A stretch of 64,000 nucleotides of DNA from Chiloscyllium plagiosum. Its lineage: Eukaryota. Both the position numbers and the translations under genes were made by a program. Below are positions 47,359 through 60,249 of the stretch, piece by piece; position 1 is the first letter of the stretch; each line of letters begins with the position of its first letter. The notes below the pieces were generated by a model. It was not told the DNA's origin. It made no database searches and saw only the letters and a list, made by a program, of their open reading frames with translations. The stretch spans positions 8,511,423 through 8,575,422 of the forward strand of contig NC_057749.1 of assembly GCF_004010195.1 (NCBI RefSeq), written 5' to 3'.

Positions 47359-47925
47359 CTGGGAGGACTGCAGATACTGGGGATTAGAGTCAAAAAGTGT
47401 GGTGCTGGAAGAGCACTAAACAACTCAACCACACTGTGGCCGAACACTTCAATTCACCCTCCCACTCCTCCAAGGACATTCAAGTTCTGGGCTTATTCCA
47501 CTGCCAAATCCAACCACCCGACCCTGGAGGAAGAGCACCTCACCTTCTGCCTTGGGACCCTCCAACCACACGGGATCAATGTCAATTTCACCAGCTTCCT
47601 CATCTCCCCTTCCCCCCACCTCATCCCAGAGCCAACCTTCCATCTCGGCACTGTCCTGTTGAACTGTCCTACATGTCCATCTTCCTTCCCGCCTATTTGC
47701 TCCATCCTGTGCTCCGACCTATCACCTTCACCCCCCACCTTCATCTACCCATCGCATTCCCAGCTACCTTCCTCCCAGTCCCACCCCCATCCCATTTATC
47801 TCTCATCTCCCTTGGACACCACCCCTCCACATTCCTGATGAAGGGCTTATGCTCAAAACTTTGACTCTCCTGCTCTTCGGATGCTGTCTGACCGGCTGTG
47901 CTTTTCCAGCATCGCACTTTTTAAC
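47359..47925 (+). mobile_element. Penelope 3' fragment with short inverted 5' tail
   Basis: NHTVAEHFNSPSH...LEEEHL.FCLGTLQPHGINVNF; degenerate hammerhead at 47831-47865; 15-bp TSD TGCT(C/T)GTTTATTTCA at 47344-47358 and 47926-47940. Confidence 0.85.
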
Positions 47926-48825
47926 TGCTTGTTTATTTCAGACATTTTTTCCATTATTGAGGACTGCATAAGGGGTGTGTGTGTGTATGTGTGTGGTGAC
48001 TCTGAAATACAAAAAGGAATCCAGGTTTCTTGTGAGGTACACGTTGATGACTAAAGGAATTTCAAAAGGAATATTCATGTGCTTCTTAATAACAACTCCA
48101 ATTTCAACCTCTAAAACCCAAGGTCATACAAGTGGATAGATGCCAACTATTCATTCCAGTTTCATTTCATAAAAGGCAAACAGAAGCCCAGTAATGCCTA
48201 CACATTGGTATAAATGAAGATAATTTTTTGAAGTGACAGCATTCATTTGGCTGCATTATAATCAGGATAATTTAAAACACATCGAAGCTCAAAGCATGGA
48301 ATTATAACCATTTGAAATGCATTTGTTTAGATTACAAATTCTCAGAACAGCTGAAAATAGTTGGTTTGCTTAGTTCAGTATTAAACACATGAACATGAGG
48401 CCATTCTGCCCCTTGGAATTGTTCCATCATTCATTGAGCTTAGGGCTTACCTCTATCTCTTCATACTTGTACTGTACAAAAATCTCGCAACCTCAATTTG
48501 GAAATAGACAGTTGACAGTATCCCACCCCCCCATCTTCAACAATTCTTTAGAGGGTTGGACAGAGTTTCAGTTTTTGCCTAACCTTCATGCTCCCGACCA
48601 TAAACTCAATTTGAGTTTATATTCCCCTGTGTGGCCCTGCATTGAAGTTTTCTTTTTGATAAACATTTTTAACTGATTGTTTGACATTGACCTGTTTTGG
48701 TGGCATTGTTTCAGGTGTCAAATTCTAGAGTAAGAATATCAAACTTGATTTTTGTACTTAACCCCAGGAGAATGACTTGAACCTGAACCTATTTACCTCA
48801 GAAGCAGAAATACCAACAATTAGTG

Positions 48826-49455
48826 AGTTTTGAGAAGATTTGTAGCTCAGGTTGAGGTTCTGGATGTAGGTTTGCTCACTGAGCTGGAAGGTTTGTTTTT
48901 AAACGTTTCATCACCATATGTGGTAACATCTTCAGTGAGCCTCCGGATGAAGCACTGGAGGCGTGGCCCACTTTCTGTGTATGTGTTTGGGTTTCCTTGG
49001 GTTGATGATGTCATTTTCTGTGGTGACGTCATTTCCTATGGTAACGTCATTTACCGTTCTTTTTCTCAGGGGGTGGTAAATGGAATCCAAGTCAATGTGT
49101 TTGGTGATAGAGTTCCAGTTGGAATGCCATGCTTCTCGGAATTCTTGGTGCGTGTCTCTGTTTGGCTTGTCCTCGGATGGATGTGTTGTCCCAGTCGAAC
49201 TGGTGCCCTTCATCATCTGTATGTAAGGATACTAGTGAGAGAGGGTCATGACTTTTTATGGCTAGTTGATGTTCATGTATCCTGGTGGCTAATTTTCTGC
49301 CTGTTTGTCCAATGTAGTGTTTGTTACAGTTCCTACAAGGTATTTTGTAAACAACATTAGTTTTGCTTGTTGTCTGTATTGGTTCTTTCATCATGGTAGC
49401 CCACAAACACACCAACACACTAAAACAGCAGCTAATGAACTTGAAAGACCATGTT
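48826..49455 (-). mobile_element. Penelope-like element (second lineage): GIY-YIG endonuclease and 3' terminal repeat with family C hammerhead
   Basis: NVVYKIPC.NC.KHYIGQTGRKLATRIHEH...HQFDWDNT; minus strand TCA CTGAAGA T GTTACC ACATAT GGTGAT GAAA CGTT at 48938-48902. Confidence 0.9.
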
Positions 49456-49760
49456 GGTTTCAGGTTTTTCATATGTAAATTGCAAAACTTTTGTAAAAGT
49501 TACATTCTCAATTGAACTTTAACAATTGGTGTCATGTCGGCCCAGATAATGCATTGAAGGTCGTTCTAAAAGATAACAGACTTAACAAGCAATCCAGGTC
49601 TTTTTCAATTTATAATTCCAGTTACATCACACTGTATAAAAATTCTGTGTCTTATGAACTTATACTCCACAACCACCTGATGAAGGAGCAGCGCTCTGAA
49701 AGCTAGTGCTTCCAAATAAACCTATTGGACTATAGCCTGGTGTTGTGTGATTTTTAACAT
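49455..49760 (+). mobile_element. Penelope terminal repeat (family B) with a near-intact hammerhead motif
   Basis: CAC CTGATGA A GGAGC AGC GCTCT GAAA GCTA GTG at 49674-49708. Confidence 0.78.
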
Positions 49761-50954
49761 CATTATTTATGGGATGTAGGCATTACTGGCAGGGCTAACA
49801 TTTATTACCCTGCCCAAATTGCCCTTGGGCCTTTCTGGATGGTCACTTAAGAGGGCATTTAAGAGTCAACCATAGTGCTGTGAGTCTGAAGTAGATGTCA
49901 GCTTTGATTTCCATTTCCTCGGGTGAATTATGTTCTCTGTAGCTATCAGGAATCCAAGGCAATTACCATCACTGATATCTGCATTTTTCAACTAGAAATG
50001 GGACATCAGCTGGGTGTCCCATTAACTATGGGTTACCCTGCAGGAAATGGACCATGGACCGAATAAAACAGAATCGGTACTAGATCCATTGCTAGAGAAG
50101 CTCCTACCAGCCTCAGGTTTATACCTTAAGGTAAGGTGAGGCAAGAAAATGTAGGTTTTATTGGCATGTGTACAATGAAAAGTGTACAATGTCGCCATTC
50201 CCGGTGCCATCTTGGGTACAAAGGTAGCTAGCTACAAAATCTTAGTTACAGAAGTAGAAAAATAAAGGTATAGGTTTAAAAACTTCTGCACTGCAGTCGT
50301 CTTAGTATCAAAGTTAAAACGTCAAACATTACAATCCTTTCTTAAGCCATGGGCCTGCAGGTGTGCCAAGCTGGGCTTTCCCTAAGAGACCTCACTCTGC
50401 TCTGTGCTGGGCTGAGACCCTCCTGTGTTCACCAGCTGCCTTCGCCTCTGATCTCCATCGGGCCATCTCCATCACTGCCACTCGCAAGGCTTTGGCCCTG
50501 ACCACTGCTGACTGCTGCTGCTGCCAGCCTTTCCAACAAACCGTCACTGCCACCCTCTTTTGCCACTGACCGCTGCCCACCTCATTGCTGACTGCTGCAA
50601 ATCGATGCGCTCAAGATTTTTGATGGCCTTCTTGCAATTTTGCAAAGAACTAACAAAGGGATAGGGTCACATTTGTTTTCAGTGACAGGTTAGTAACTAG
50701 AACACACTGCCTGAGAGTATATAGGTAGGTGCCTGAGGTGAAGCATTTGTAGGGCTAATTAGAGACTCACTGATTTGCTCCTGCTGAGGACTGACCTGGG
50801 CAGACAGACAAATGGCCTCCTTCTGTAATTCTTTGATCCTTATCTTGACCCCCTTACTCCCCCCGCAGGCCTTTCAACCACCCATAACCCATCTGGAGAT
50901 TGGGCTCTGAGAAACGTTCAATGGTGAGGGATCAGTCATATCAACAGAAGAAGA

Positions 50955-51262
50955 GGCAGCACGGTGGCTTAGTGGTTAGCACTGTTGCCTCACAGCACCA
51001 GGGACCCAGGTTGGATTCCAGCCTCAAGTGACTGTCTGCGTGGAGTTTGCACATTCTCCCCGTGTCTGCGTGGGTTTGCTCCAGTTTCCTCCCACAATCT
51101 AAGGATGTGCAGGTTAGGTGATTTGGTCATGCTAAATTGCCCATAGTGTTAGGTGCATTAGTTAGAGGCAAATATAGGAGAATTGGTCTGGGTAGGTTGC
51201 TCTTCAGAGGGTTAGTGTGGACTTGTTGGGATGATTAGATTACTGTAGGGAATCTAATCTAA
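50955..51262 (+). mobile_element. HE1/V-SINE, near full length
   Basis: A-box TGGCTTAGTGG (50965-50975), B-box GGTTGGATTCC (51009-51019), V-domain, (AATCT)n tail. Confidence 0.88.
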
Positions 51263-51869
51263 TGGCCATGGCTTGCCCAGACCTATGGCCCTAAGCAGGA
51301 CCAATCTTCTTCAGCCAGTGAAGTAGTAATTCACAGGCATTAAAATTGCCAGAAGACTGTCAAATTGAACTTACATCATTGCATTTTTATTGGTGTAGAT
51401 TTTCTCACAGAGATTCCCACGTGGCTGAACACGACTGTTGGTTTCAAATCAAAATATCACCTAGATCAATAAAGCTTTGTGTTCACAAACATCTGTCACA
51501 ATGTCAGAATTGCTTCATTGCAGGGAAGGAGTAAACAGAGCCTGTTAATCGAAAGATCAACACGGCTTATTTCAATGGTTGGTAGAGACTTGTGAATGAT
51601 GTCGCCTTCGCAAACTAATGTGTGTAGTGCCTTGAATTATAATGTGTGAATGTTAATGCACTTTGCATTTGCCTAATCTAATTATTGGGAATTTGGTCTT
51701 GGGTGACATTCTGCCACTCACTCACATTGCCAGGTTGTAGGAACATTGGGAACAAGACCTGGGCTCCCAAACAGGAGGGACGGGGATCTGGATGGAGTCT
51801 CTAGACTGAGAAATATGCTTCTTTTCCTTTGTTCTCATGATTTATCAACATCACTGGCAGCACCAGTGG

Positions 51870-52755
51870 AGTCATAGAGTCATAGAGATGTACAGCATGG
51901 AAACAGACCCTTCAGTCCAACCCGTCCATGCCAACCAGATATCTCAACCCAATCTAGTCCCACCTGCCAGCACCCAGCCCATATCCCTCCAAACCATCCC
52001 TCCAATATATGAGTATATTCATATACTCATCCAAATGCCTCTTAAATATTGCAAATGTACCAGCCTCCTCGGGCAGCTCATTCCACACACGTACCACCCT
52101 CTGTGTGAAAAAGTTGCCCCTTATGTCTCTTTTATATCTTTCCCCTCTCACCCTAAACCTATACCCTCTAGTTCTGGACTCCCCGATCCCAGGGAAAACA
52201 CTTTGTCTATTTACCCTATCCATGCCCCTCATAATTTTGTAAACATCTATAAGGTCACCCCTCAGCCTCCAACACTCCACGGAAAACAACCCCAGCTCCT
52301 TATAGCTCAAATCCTCCAACCCTGGCAACATCCTTGTAAATCTTTTTTGAACCCTTTCAAGTTTCACAACATCTTTCTGATAGGAAGGAGACCAGAATTG
52401 CGTGCGATATTCCAACAGTGGCCTAATCAATGTCCTGTACAGCCGCAACGTGACCTCCCAACTCCTGTACTCAATACTCTGACTAATAAAGGAAAGTATA
52501 TCAAACGCCTTCTTCACTATCCTATCTATCTACGACTCCACTTTCAAGGAGCTATGAACCTGCATTCCAAGGTCTCTTTGTTCAGCAACACTCCCTAGGA
52601 CCTTACCATTAAGTGTACAAGTCCTGCTAAGATTTGCTTTCCCAAAATGCAGCACCTCGCATTTATCTGAATTAAACTCCATCTGCTACTTCTCAGCCAT
52701 TGGCCCATCTGGTCAAGATCCTGTTGTAATCTGAGGTAACCCTCTTCTCTGTCCC
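51870..52755 (-). mobile_element. CR1 3' fragment
   Basis: 187-aa ORF LYRTLIRPLLEYRTQFWSP...LRGDLIDVYKIMRG...NFFTQRVV. Confidence 0.9.
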
Positions 52756-52844
52756 ACAATACTTTTGAATTGAGTGGCTTATGGTAAGATATATCAAAGA
52801 CCAGTTAAGAATCAAACAGCTACGTTACCACTGGACATTGGCAT

Positions 52845-53565
52845 GTCATAGAATTATAGAATCCCTACATTTCAGAAAGAAGCCATTTGGCCCATCGAGT
52901 ATGCACCAACTCTCTGAAGACCATCCCACCGGAAAGCAGCCCCCCACCCTATTCCTATAACTCTGCATTGCCCATGGCTAATTCATCTAACCTGCACATC
53001 CCTGGACGCTTTGGGCAATTTAGCATGACCAATCCTTTGATTTGATTTATTATTGTCACATGTACTGAGGTACGGTGAAAAGTTTTGTTTTGCGTGCAGT
53101 ACAGGCAGATCATTCCGTACAAAGTGCATTAGGGTAATAAAACAGAGTGAGAAATACAATGTTACAGCTGCAGAGATGGTGCACAGAGAGTGAGGTCAAC
53201 ATTAAATTTAAAATTTGAGGGGCTCGTTCAGAAGTTTAATTACAGCAAGGAAGAATCTGTTGGCCCGTGGTTTAATCTGATGTATCTCCTGCCTGACGGA
53301 AGAGGCTGGAAGAGATTTTAAATGGGATGGGAGGGGTCTTTGATGTTGGCTGCCTTTCTGGGGCAGCGAGAAATGTAGATGGAGTCAATGGATGGAAGGT
53401 AGGTTTGCATGATGGACTGGGCTGTGTTCCACCTAACTTACACATCTTTGGACTTTGGGAGGAAACCCATGCAAACATAGGGAGAATGTGCAAACCCCAC
53501 ACATAGTCGCCTGAGGTGGGAATCAAACCTGCGTGCCTGCTGTTGTGAGGCCACAGTGCTCACCA
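52845..53565 (-). mobile_element. HE1/V-SINE interrupted by a Rex1 3' fragment (about 53035-53430)
   Basis: SINE head at 53440-53565, SINE tail at 52845-53030; the insert matches 46400-46798 in reverse. Confidence 0.7.
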
Positions 53566-53929
53566 TCTTGAAAATGACTTTTTTTCAAATTTATCCAGCT
53601 GATTGGCTGCAACTTTAACACACCTTTCTTATTTGTAAGGTCCCAGAGTGGGACTTGTACCTGGAACATTCCATTCAGAGGCAGAAATACAAACCATTAA
53701 GCTATAAGATCTCCCATTTGATAGCCATATGTTTCTATCAGTTAAATAAAAAATAACCCACATCAAATGTCTAAGAGTCTGTGCAGTTTGCAATCTTTTA
53801 AAACAAATCAAATTGCATACCACCTCCTTCCCCTGCAACCCCCACTGGGCTCCCCCCACCACTCCCCCCACCTCACCCAAATACAATATTGTATGTAAAG
53901 TTTGCCACAGCACTTTCAGAAGGCTATAT

Positions 53930-54425
53930 TAGTCTTGGACAGAGTACATTGCAGGTTTACAAGAATGATAACTTAACGCCTAGAATCCAGTTATGAGGAG
54001 ACATTATACAAATTAGGCCTGTTTTCTTCCGAATTTAGAAGGTCAAGGGGTGATCTGATCAAAATCTTCAAGACATTAACAGGAAAAGACAAGGTAGGTA
54101 AAGATAATCCATTTCCACTGGTTAGGGATTCCAGAACTAGTGGCATAGTCTGAGAATTAGGGCCAGACTGTTCAGGAAAGATGTTAGGAAGCACATCTAC
54201 ACACAGAGGGTGATAGATGTTTGGAACTCTCTTCCACAAATGACAATGGATAATGGATTAGTTTATAATTTTAAATCTGAGATAGATAATTTTTTTTGTT
54301 AAGCCAAGGTATTAAGGGATATGAGCCAAAGGCAGGTGTATAGAATTAGGTCACAGATGATTCATGATCTCAATGAATGACAGAACAGGCTCAGAGGCAG
54401 AATGGCCTCCTCCTGTTACTGCTCC
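53930..54425 (+). mobile_element. CR1 3' fragment
   Basis: AGTTATGAGGAG...GGGGTGATCTGATC...GTTTGGAACTCTCTTCCAC. Confidence 0.7.
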
Positions 54426-54481
54426 TTTATTTACCCTGTCTTTTCCTGTTCATATCTTGAAGATTTTGACCACCTAACCAG

Positions 54482-54785
54482 AGCAGCATGGTGGCTCAGT
54501 GGTTAGCATCAGGCACCAGCTTGATTCCACACTCGGGCGACTGTGTGGATTTTGCACACAGTTCTTCCCGTGACTGCATGGGTTTCTTCTGGGTGCATTG
54601 ATTTTCTCCCACAGTCCAAAGATGTGCAGGTTAGGTGCGTTAGGCACGGGAAATGCAGGGTTGTAAGGTAGGGGGGTCGGGGGCTGGGGCTGGGTCAGGG
54701 TGGGATGCTCTTCGGAGGGTTGGTGTGGTCTTGATATGTTGAGTAGCCTGTTTCCACACTATAGGGATTTTGTTCTATGATTCTA
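54482..54785 (+). mobile_element. HE1/V-SINE
   Basis: GGTGGCTCAGTGGTTAGCA...CCCACAGTCCAAAGATGTGCAGGTTAGG...CCTGTTTCCACACT. Confidence 0.8.
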
Positions 54786-54990
54786 AACCTTAACCTTCTA
54801 AATTCTAGAGAAAATGTATACAATGTCTCCTCATAACTTAACCCTTGGTGTTCAAGTGTTATTCTTGTGCTCCATTAAGGGTTTAAATGCAAAATAATGA
54901 GATTACAGCAAACCTGAAGTAACATGTAGGAAATGCTCAGGAGGTCAGGCAGCAACTGTGGAGAGAAAGTAGGTTTCAGGTCTGTGACTG

Positions 54991-55074
54991 AGCTGAAAAT
55001 GTGTTGCTGGAAAAGCACAGCAGGTCAGGCAGCATCCAAGGAGCAGGAGAATCGACGTTTCGGGCATGAGCCTC
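54991..55074 (-). mobile_element. Short family A Penelope-derived element nested in an older related tail
   Basis: 16-bp direct repeat TTCAGGTCTGTGACTG at 54975-54990 and 55075-55090. Confidence 0.75.
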
Positions 55075-55440
55075 TTCAGGTCTGTGACTGTTCATCAAAA
55101 CTGGGAGAAGCTGGCCATCTAATTGTGTTTGGACAAGTTTGAACAAGATTTCATTCTAGTTGGGAATTGAATGAAAAGGGAGTTCTGAGATCAGGTAAGG
55201 TGGGTGGGACCAGGGGAGATTAAATGACAAAAGGGTTTGTGGTGAAAGGCCAAAGAGAGTTGGACTGGGACATGTAAACAAAACAAAACGGTGTCTGGAG
55301 GTGGTGTGAATGAGCAGGATCTGAGAAACTGCCATCCAAAAGGCACTCTGGGTTAAGGCAATTTTCCTGAATATCCAAGTGGATGTATGAGGGGCTATCT
55401 CATGCTAATGCCCCCTCGTTTTGAATGTGTAAACATCTTT

Positions 55441-55647
55441 TGCAGGTCATTCTGCTATTACATGCGTTGCTTCAATGTAAGTTCGCTGTAACGTGTTCGA
55501 CAAATTGGGGACGCTGTTTCTAAAGCGCGAACTTTTAACATGCTTACGTTGCCAATACTTTAAGCGCTGTTTCTGAAGCACAATTTTTCTATAATGCGGG
55601 TTTACACAAGATTGTAAGCATTGTTTTATAAAAGAAGTGATCGTATA
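55441..55647. mobile_element. Putative Tc1/mariner (Tigger-like) MITE
   Basis: Degenerate terminal inverted repeats (CAGGTCATTCTGCTAT / ATAAAAGAAGTGATCG-TA); internal CAA.ACTTTAAGCGCTGTTTCT also present at 42193-42312. Confidence 0.5.
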
Positions 55648-56544
55648 TGTCTATCTTCTCAAATCCATCCATAAATTTCAAAGTTGCTATCACTATATTG
55701 GATCCTAGTAGTCCAGAAAGAGTGGGGTTCTCTATCCAATCCTAATGCAAGAACTAAAATAAAACAAAAGACGAAAGTCAATTTTACTTAAATTCTTAAT
55801 TGGGATTTTCGGAGGCAAGGCCATTGATCTCCATAATTTATTGTTGCCTTGTCCACTTCCTTTTTATCCCACTTATTTTCCGTTGTCTTGCTTTCATCAT
55901 CATCATTTCACCACAATGATGGGCTCAAAATAAAACAGGAACAACTCAAACTGAAAAGGTGGCAGAATGCACAAACTAAATCACAGCAATAATGCAACAA
56001 AAATAATGACTATTTCCCAACAATGGTTTCAGTTTGAGGAAGAACATCTCATCTTTCAACTAGGCACCCTACAGCCTTCTGCATTCAACACTGAGTTCAA
56101 CAATATTGAATTGTGACCTTCCACAGTATTTGTTTGGTTCCAGGTTGCTGATTCCAAACTTGTTTCTCTCCTATGACTAAGGGAGACAAAGCGCAAAAGG
56201 ACAAAGAAAGGCAAGGAGGCCCCGTGAGCACTGAAGTAGGCACAAAATGAGTCAGCGTTGAGACAGCAAGTGCTGTCAGACAGACATCCCCGCAGTGTCC
56301 TTGCAGCAGTATTGCAATGAAATATTGCCAGTGCACCTCAAGGTGCAACGTTGAAGGGCAGATTGTGCTGTAAGCAAATTGAAGATGTGCCATGCTGATG
56401 CCGGAGGGCTGGTAAGTGTCAGATGTCAATGTTGTGAACAGAGGTGAACGCAGTCGCTGCCCATGGAACATCCCCTGAGATGCTGGTGCTGGGTCACCAA
56501 GATAGCAGTTGAGAGGAGCAGGGATTTATACAACAATGCGTATT

Positions 56545-57145
56545 GAGAATAGGAGTTGAGAGGTCATGTTGCAGATGTACAGGACATTGGTTCAGCCACT
56601 TCTGGAATGTTGCATGCAGTTCTGGTCTCATTCCTGTCCGAAGAATGCTGTGAAACTTGAAAGAGTTCAGAAAAGATTGACAAGGCCATTGCCAGGGTTG
56701 GAGGATTTGAGCTATAGGGAGAGGCTGAATAGGCTGGGGCTGTTTTCCCTGGAGCTTCAGCGGCTGAGGGGTGACCTTGTCGAGGGTTATAAAATCATGG
56801 GGGGCATGGATAGGATAAATAAAAAAAGTCTTTTCCCTGGGCTGTGGGAGTCCAGAACTAGAGGGCATAGGTTTAGGTTGAGAGGGGAAAGATATAAAAG
56901 GGACATGGGGGCAACTTATTCCACAGAAGGTTGTGCGTGTATGGAATGAGCTGCCAGAGGAAGTGGTGGAGGCTGGTACAATTACGGCATTTAAAAGGCA
57001 TCTGGATGGGTATATGAATAGGAAGGGTTTAGAGGGATATGGGCCAGGTGCTGGCAGATGGGACTAGATTGGGTTGGAATGTCTGGTTGGCATTGACGAG
57101 TTGGACCGAAGGGTCTGTTTCCATGTACATCTCTATGACTCTATG
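56545..57145 (+). mobile_element. CR1 3' fragment
   Basis: YRTLVQPLLE..QFWS...LEDLSYRERLNRLGLFSLE.QRLRGDL. Confidence 0.88.
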
Positions 57146-57265
57146 GACGGTAAGTCATGGATTCCAGGGGTTTTCAGACCTTAGTCGCTTTATCCGGAGT
57201 TAGCAGCTTGTCCAGACTCACCTGCATCTTGTTATCTCAAGACTTTCATGTTAGAGGATTGGAAG

Positions 57266-57473
57266 TGAGATAACTCCACAGAGGCCGGTAGCCCGTCACC
57301 AAGTCACCCTTTATTTACACGTGCACAATACATGACACTGGCCCAGCTCTGAGTGAACAGAGCCCCTGTTGATATTTGTCAGCCAGGGCTCCTTAATTAG
57401 GCCAGGTTAACAGCCCCCATCAGGAAAGTCATTCTATGAGATCTATCTGGCTGACCTTGTTCAAATCACAACA
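57266..57473 (-). mobile_element. Solo LTR, same family as 38681
   Basis: Minus strand TGTTGTGATT...AATAAAGGGTGACTTGGTGAC...GAGTTATCTCA (TG...CA); no clear TSD. Confidence 0.6.
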
Positions 57474-57600
57474 AGAACGTGAAGTAATTAACACTCATTT
57501 GGAATTCTAAGACAGTCATTGCTCATTCAGAGTTCGTAAGAGTTCATCGGGGCTCCTCCATTTAAAACTGAGGTGAGGTGGAATTATTTTTCCTCCAAAT

Positions 57601-57905
57601 TTAGATTAGATTACCTACAGTGTGGAAAACAGGCCCTTCAGGCCCTTCTGCCCAACAAGTCCACACTGACCCTCTGAAGAGTAACCCACCCTCTACCCTT
57701 ATGTTTACCCCTGACTAATACACCTAACACGATGAACAATTTAGTATGACCAAGTCACCATCCATCATTGGATTGTGTGAGGAAGCCCACGCAGACAAAG
57801 GGAGAATGTACAAACTCCACTCAGACCGTTGCCCGTGGCAGGAATTGAACCTGGGTCCCTGGCACTGTGAGGCAGCAGTGCTAACCACTGACCCACCATG
57901 CCATT
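57601..57905 (-). mobile_element. HE1/V-SINE
   Basis: Reverse complement of GGCATGGTGGGTCAGTGGTTAGCACTGCTGCCTCACAG...GGTTCAATTCC; (TCTAA)n tail. Confidence 0.82.
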
Positions 57906-59127
57906 CCACAAGTTTAGTTGAATTTGTGGAATTCTTTTTTGTGAAGAGCTGTCAAGGCTGAGTATTAAGTGTATTCAAGGTTGTATTCATGTACAGGTTT
58001 TCAATCTATAAGGCAATCAAGGGTCATGGGAAAAATGCTGCGAAAGTGGAGCTGAGATCAGCCATGATTTCACTACAAGATGGAGCAGACTGATGGGCCA
58101 AATGGCCTACTTCTGCTCCTATGCCTCATGGTCTTATGGCTAGTCCTGTTTGCAACTCACAGTTTGGGAATCCTTGATATAATTCCGAATGCTTCTTAAT
58201 CTTTCTGAAGTCTTTTCCATTTATGATGCATGTTGATAAGTTGCTCCTTCAGCATTTACAGGTAACATAGGCAATGCATTTTAATTTGTAAAACTATACA
58301 TTAGCTTCTGACATCTGTAAAACCTCATTCCAAAGTTTCAAATCTATTGCAAGATGAATAATGTACTGTGCAATATTCTTTAATGCAAAGAACATAATTA
58401 TTAATCTTTCAATGTACTTCTGTAACAGCAAAAGAACTGTCATTTGTGAACCGTTGGAGACATGGTGAGTTGAAGTGAATTAGTGCGGCGCTATCAAGTT
58501 AGAAGGCTGTTCTATAATAAACCTGATTGTAACCGCAATGGTGAGAACAGCAGGAGCTTCTGTGTATGATTGTCAGCAGTTTGCAGCCTTCTAGCGTTCT
58601 TTGTATCAGCCTGCACAGATTTTCCAAATGAATAATTCCTAAATTTAATGGAATTTTCTCTGAGACATTATCTCAGCTCCCCCCCCCCCCCACCCCCCCA
58701 TGCACTCTACCTCCTGAAAGTCAAAATGGACTCATTTGAAATACTGCAAAGGAATGAAGGGAATATTTACAAATCAGTGACTCCTCTGTAATTGTTCTAC
58801 TTTGCAGCATTTTTTCTGAATATTCTGATCATTCGTGAGTGACACTAAGCCTTAGGGCTGGAACACCTTCCATTTCAAATATCTAGTGTCAGAACTAACC
58901 TCTCCCACAAAATATGATTAAATGCAAAGTAAATCTCTCTCTGTATCACACAAACCTCAGGCAGGCAAACCTTATAGTGCCTGTTGTTTAGGGCAAGTCC
59001 TGTGAATGTAGCTAATGAGAACTGACTTGTGACACAAGGCTGCTGTCATTATAAAGCAGTCTCTGTTCCAATTTGCCTTGAGCAAAGTCCTGGAAAACCC
59101 ATATGTACATTATAAATGCTATCATAT

Positions 59128-59435
59128 TGGTGGCACGGTAGCCCAGGGATTAGCACTACCACCTCACAGTGCCAGGGACCTTGGTTCATTTCCAGCCTTA
59201 GGTGACTCTGTGTAGAGTTTTCTCGTTCTCCCCGTATCTGTGCAGGTTTTCTCCAGCTACTCAGGTTTCCTCCCACAGTCCAAAGGTATGCAGATTAAAT
59301 GAATTGGCCATGCCAAATTGCGTATGACGTGCAGGGATGTTCAGGTGAGATGGGTTAGTTAGGGGAATGGGTCTGGATTGGTTAATCATTGGAGGGTCAG
59401 TGTGGACTTGTTTCCACACTGTAGGAATTCTATCG
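59128..59435 (+). mobile_element. HE1/V-SINE
   Basis: GGCACGGTAGCCCAG...GGTTCATTTCC...GGTTTCCTCCCACAGTCCAAAG. Confidence 0.78.
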
Positions 59436-59469
59436 TAATGCTATATCTCCATTTTCCGTGATTCTTTCT

Positions 59470-59870
59470 CTACAGGTGTCATCCATGTGCATGTAACTCC
59501 TTGAGTTTTATCTGTTGGTAGGATATGGATGTTGTTGGTAAGGACAGTACATATTGCCTGCCTCCAGCAATGAGCTGCCCTCTTGGACTGCTGCAGTCCA
59601 TGTGCTGTAGGAACAGTGAAGGAATGGCAATATAATTCCAAGTCAGGATGGCATATGGCTTGGAGGGGAATCCGTAGGCAGTGGTATTCCTGTGCATCTG
59701 TCGGTCTTGTCCTTCTAGGTGGTTGAGATCATAGGTTTGAAGATGCTGTAGACAGAGTGTCAATGATATGCTACAATGCACCATACAGATAGTACTCACT
59801 GTTGCTGTTATATATCAGTGGTGAAGGATATGTATATCTAGGGTGGTAAATGGGGTGCCAATCAAGCCTA
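59470..59870 (-). mobile_element. Degenerate copy of the LINE 3' end at 44590-45385
   Basis: Reverse complement of CTAGAAGGACAAG...GGAATACCAC...TTCCCCTCCA...CCATCCTG.CTTGGAA. Confidence 0.6.
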
Positions 59871-60249
59871 GCCCCATTATTATCATCAAATTGCTGCTAC
59901 GTTCCTCAACTTTGTCTTTGTTACCTCTAGGCTTGTTTATTCCAATGTTCTCCTGGCCAGGATTTCACCTTGCACCCTTTGTTGAGTCTTTCCGAAATTC
60001 TGTTGTCCGCGTCTACAGTTGCACCAAGTGTTGTTTGCAGGTGGTCCCTGATTTACAAACAGTTGTACTTATGATCAAGATCCCCTACTTATCGTAACTT
60101 TAAAGATCCAACATGTGAATTCTTGCTTGTACTTATATTGCACTGTAATGTGTTCTGACTTGCGTAAAAATCAACTTCCAATCATACTCAGGAACAAAAC
60201 CCACTTTTAACCCATGTATCTATCATCCTTGTATTGACTGGCCCTTCTT

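Noticed and set aside
50955..51030. tRNA-like A and B boxes
   Set aside because: Head of an HE1/V-SINE, followed by a V-domain and LINE tail; not a tRNA gene.
51837..52598. 253-aa plus-strand ORF
   Set aside because: Antisense frame of a CR1 ORF2 fragment; the same peptide recurs opposite other CR1 copies.
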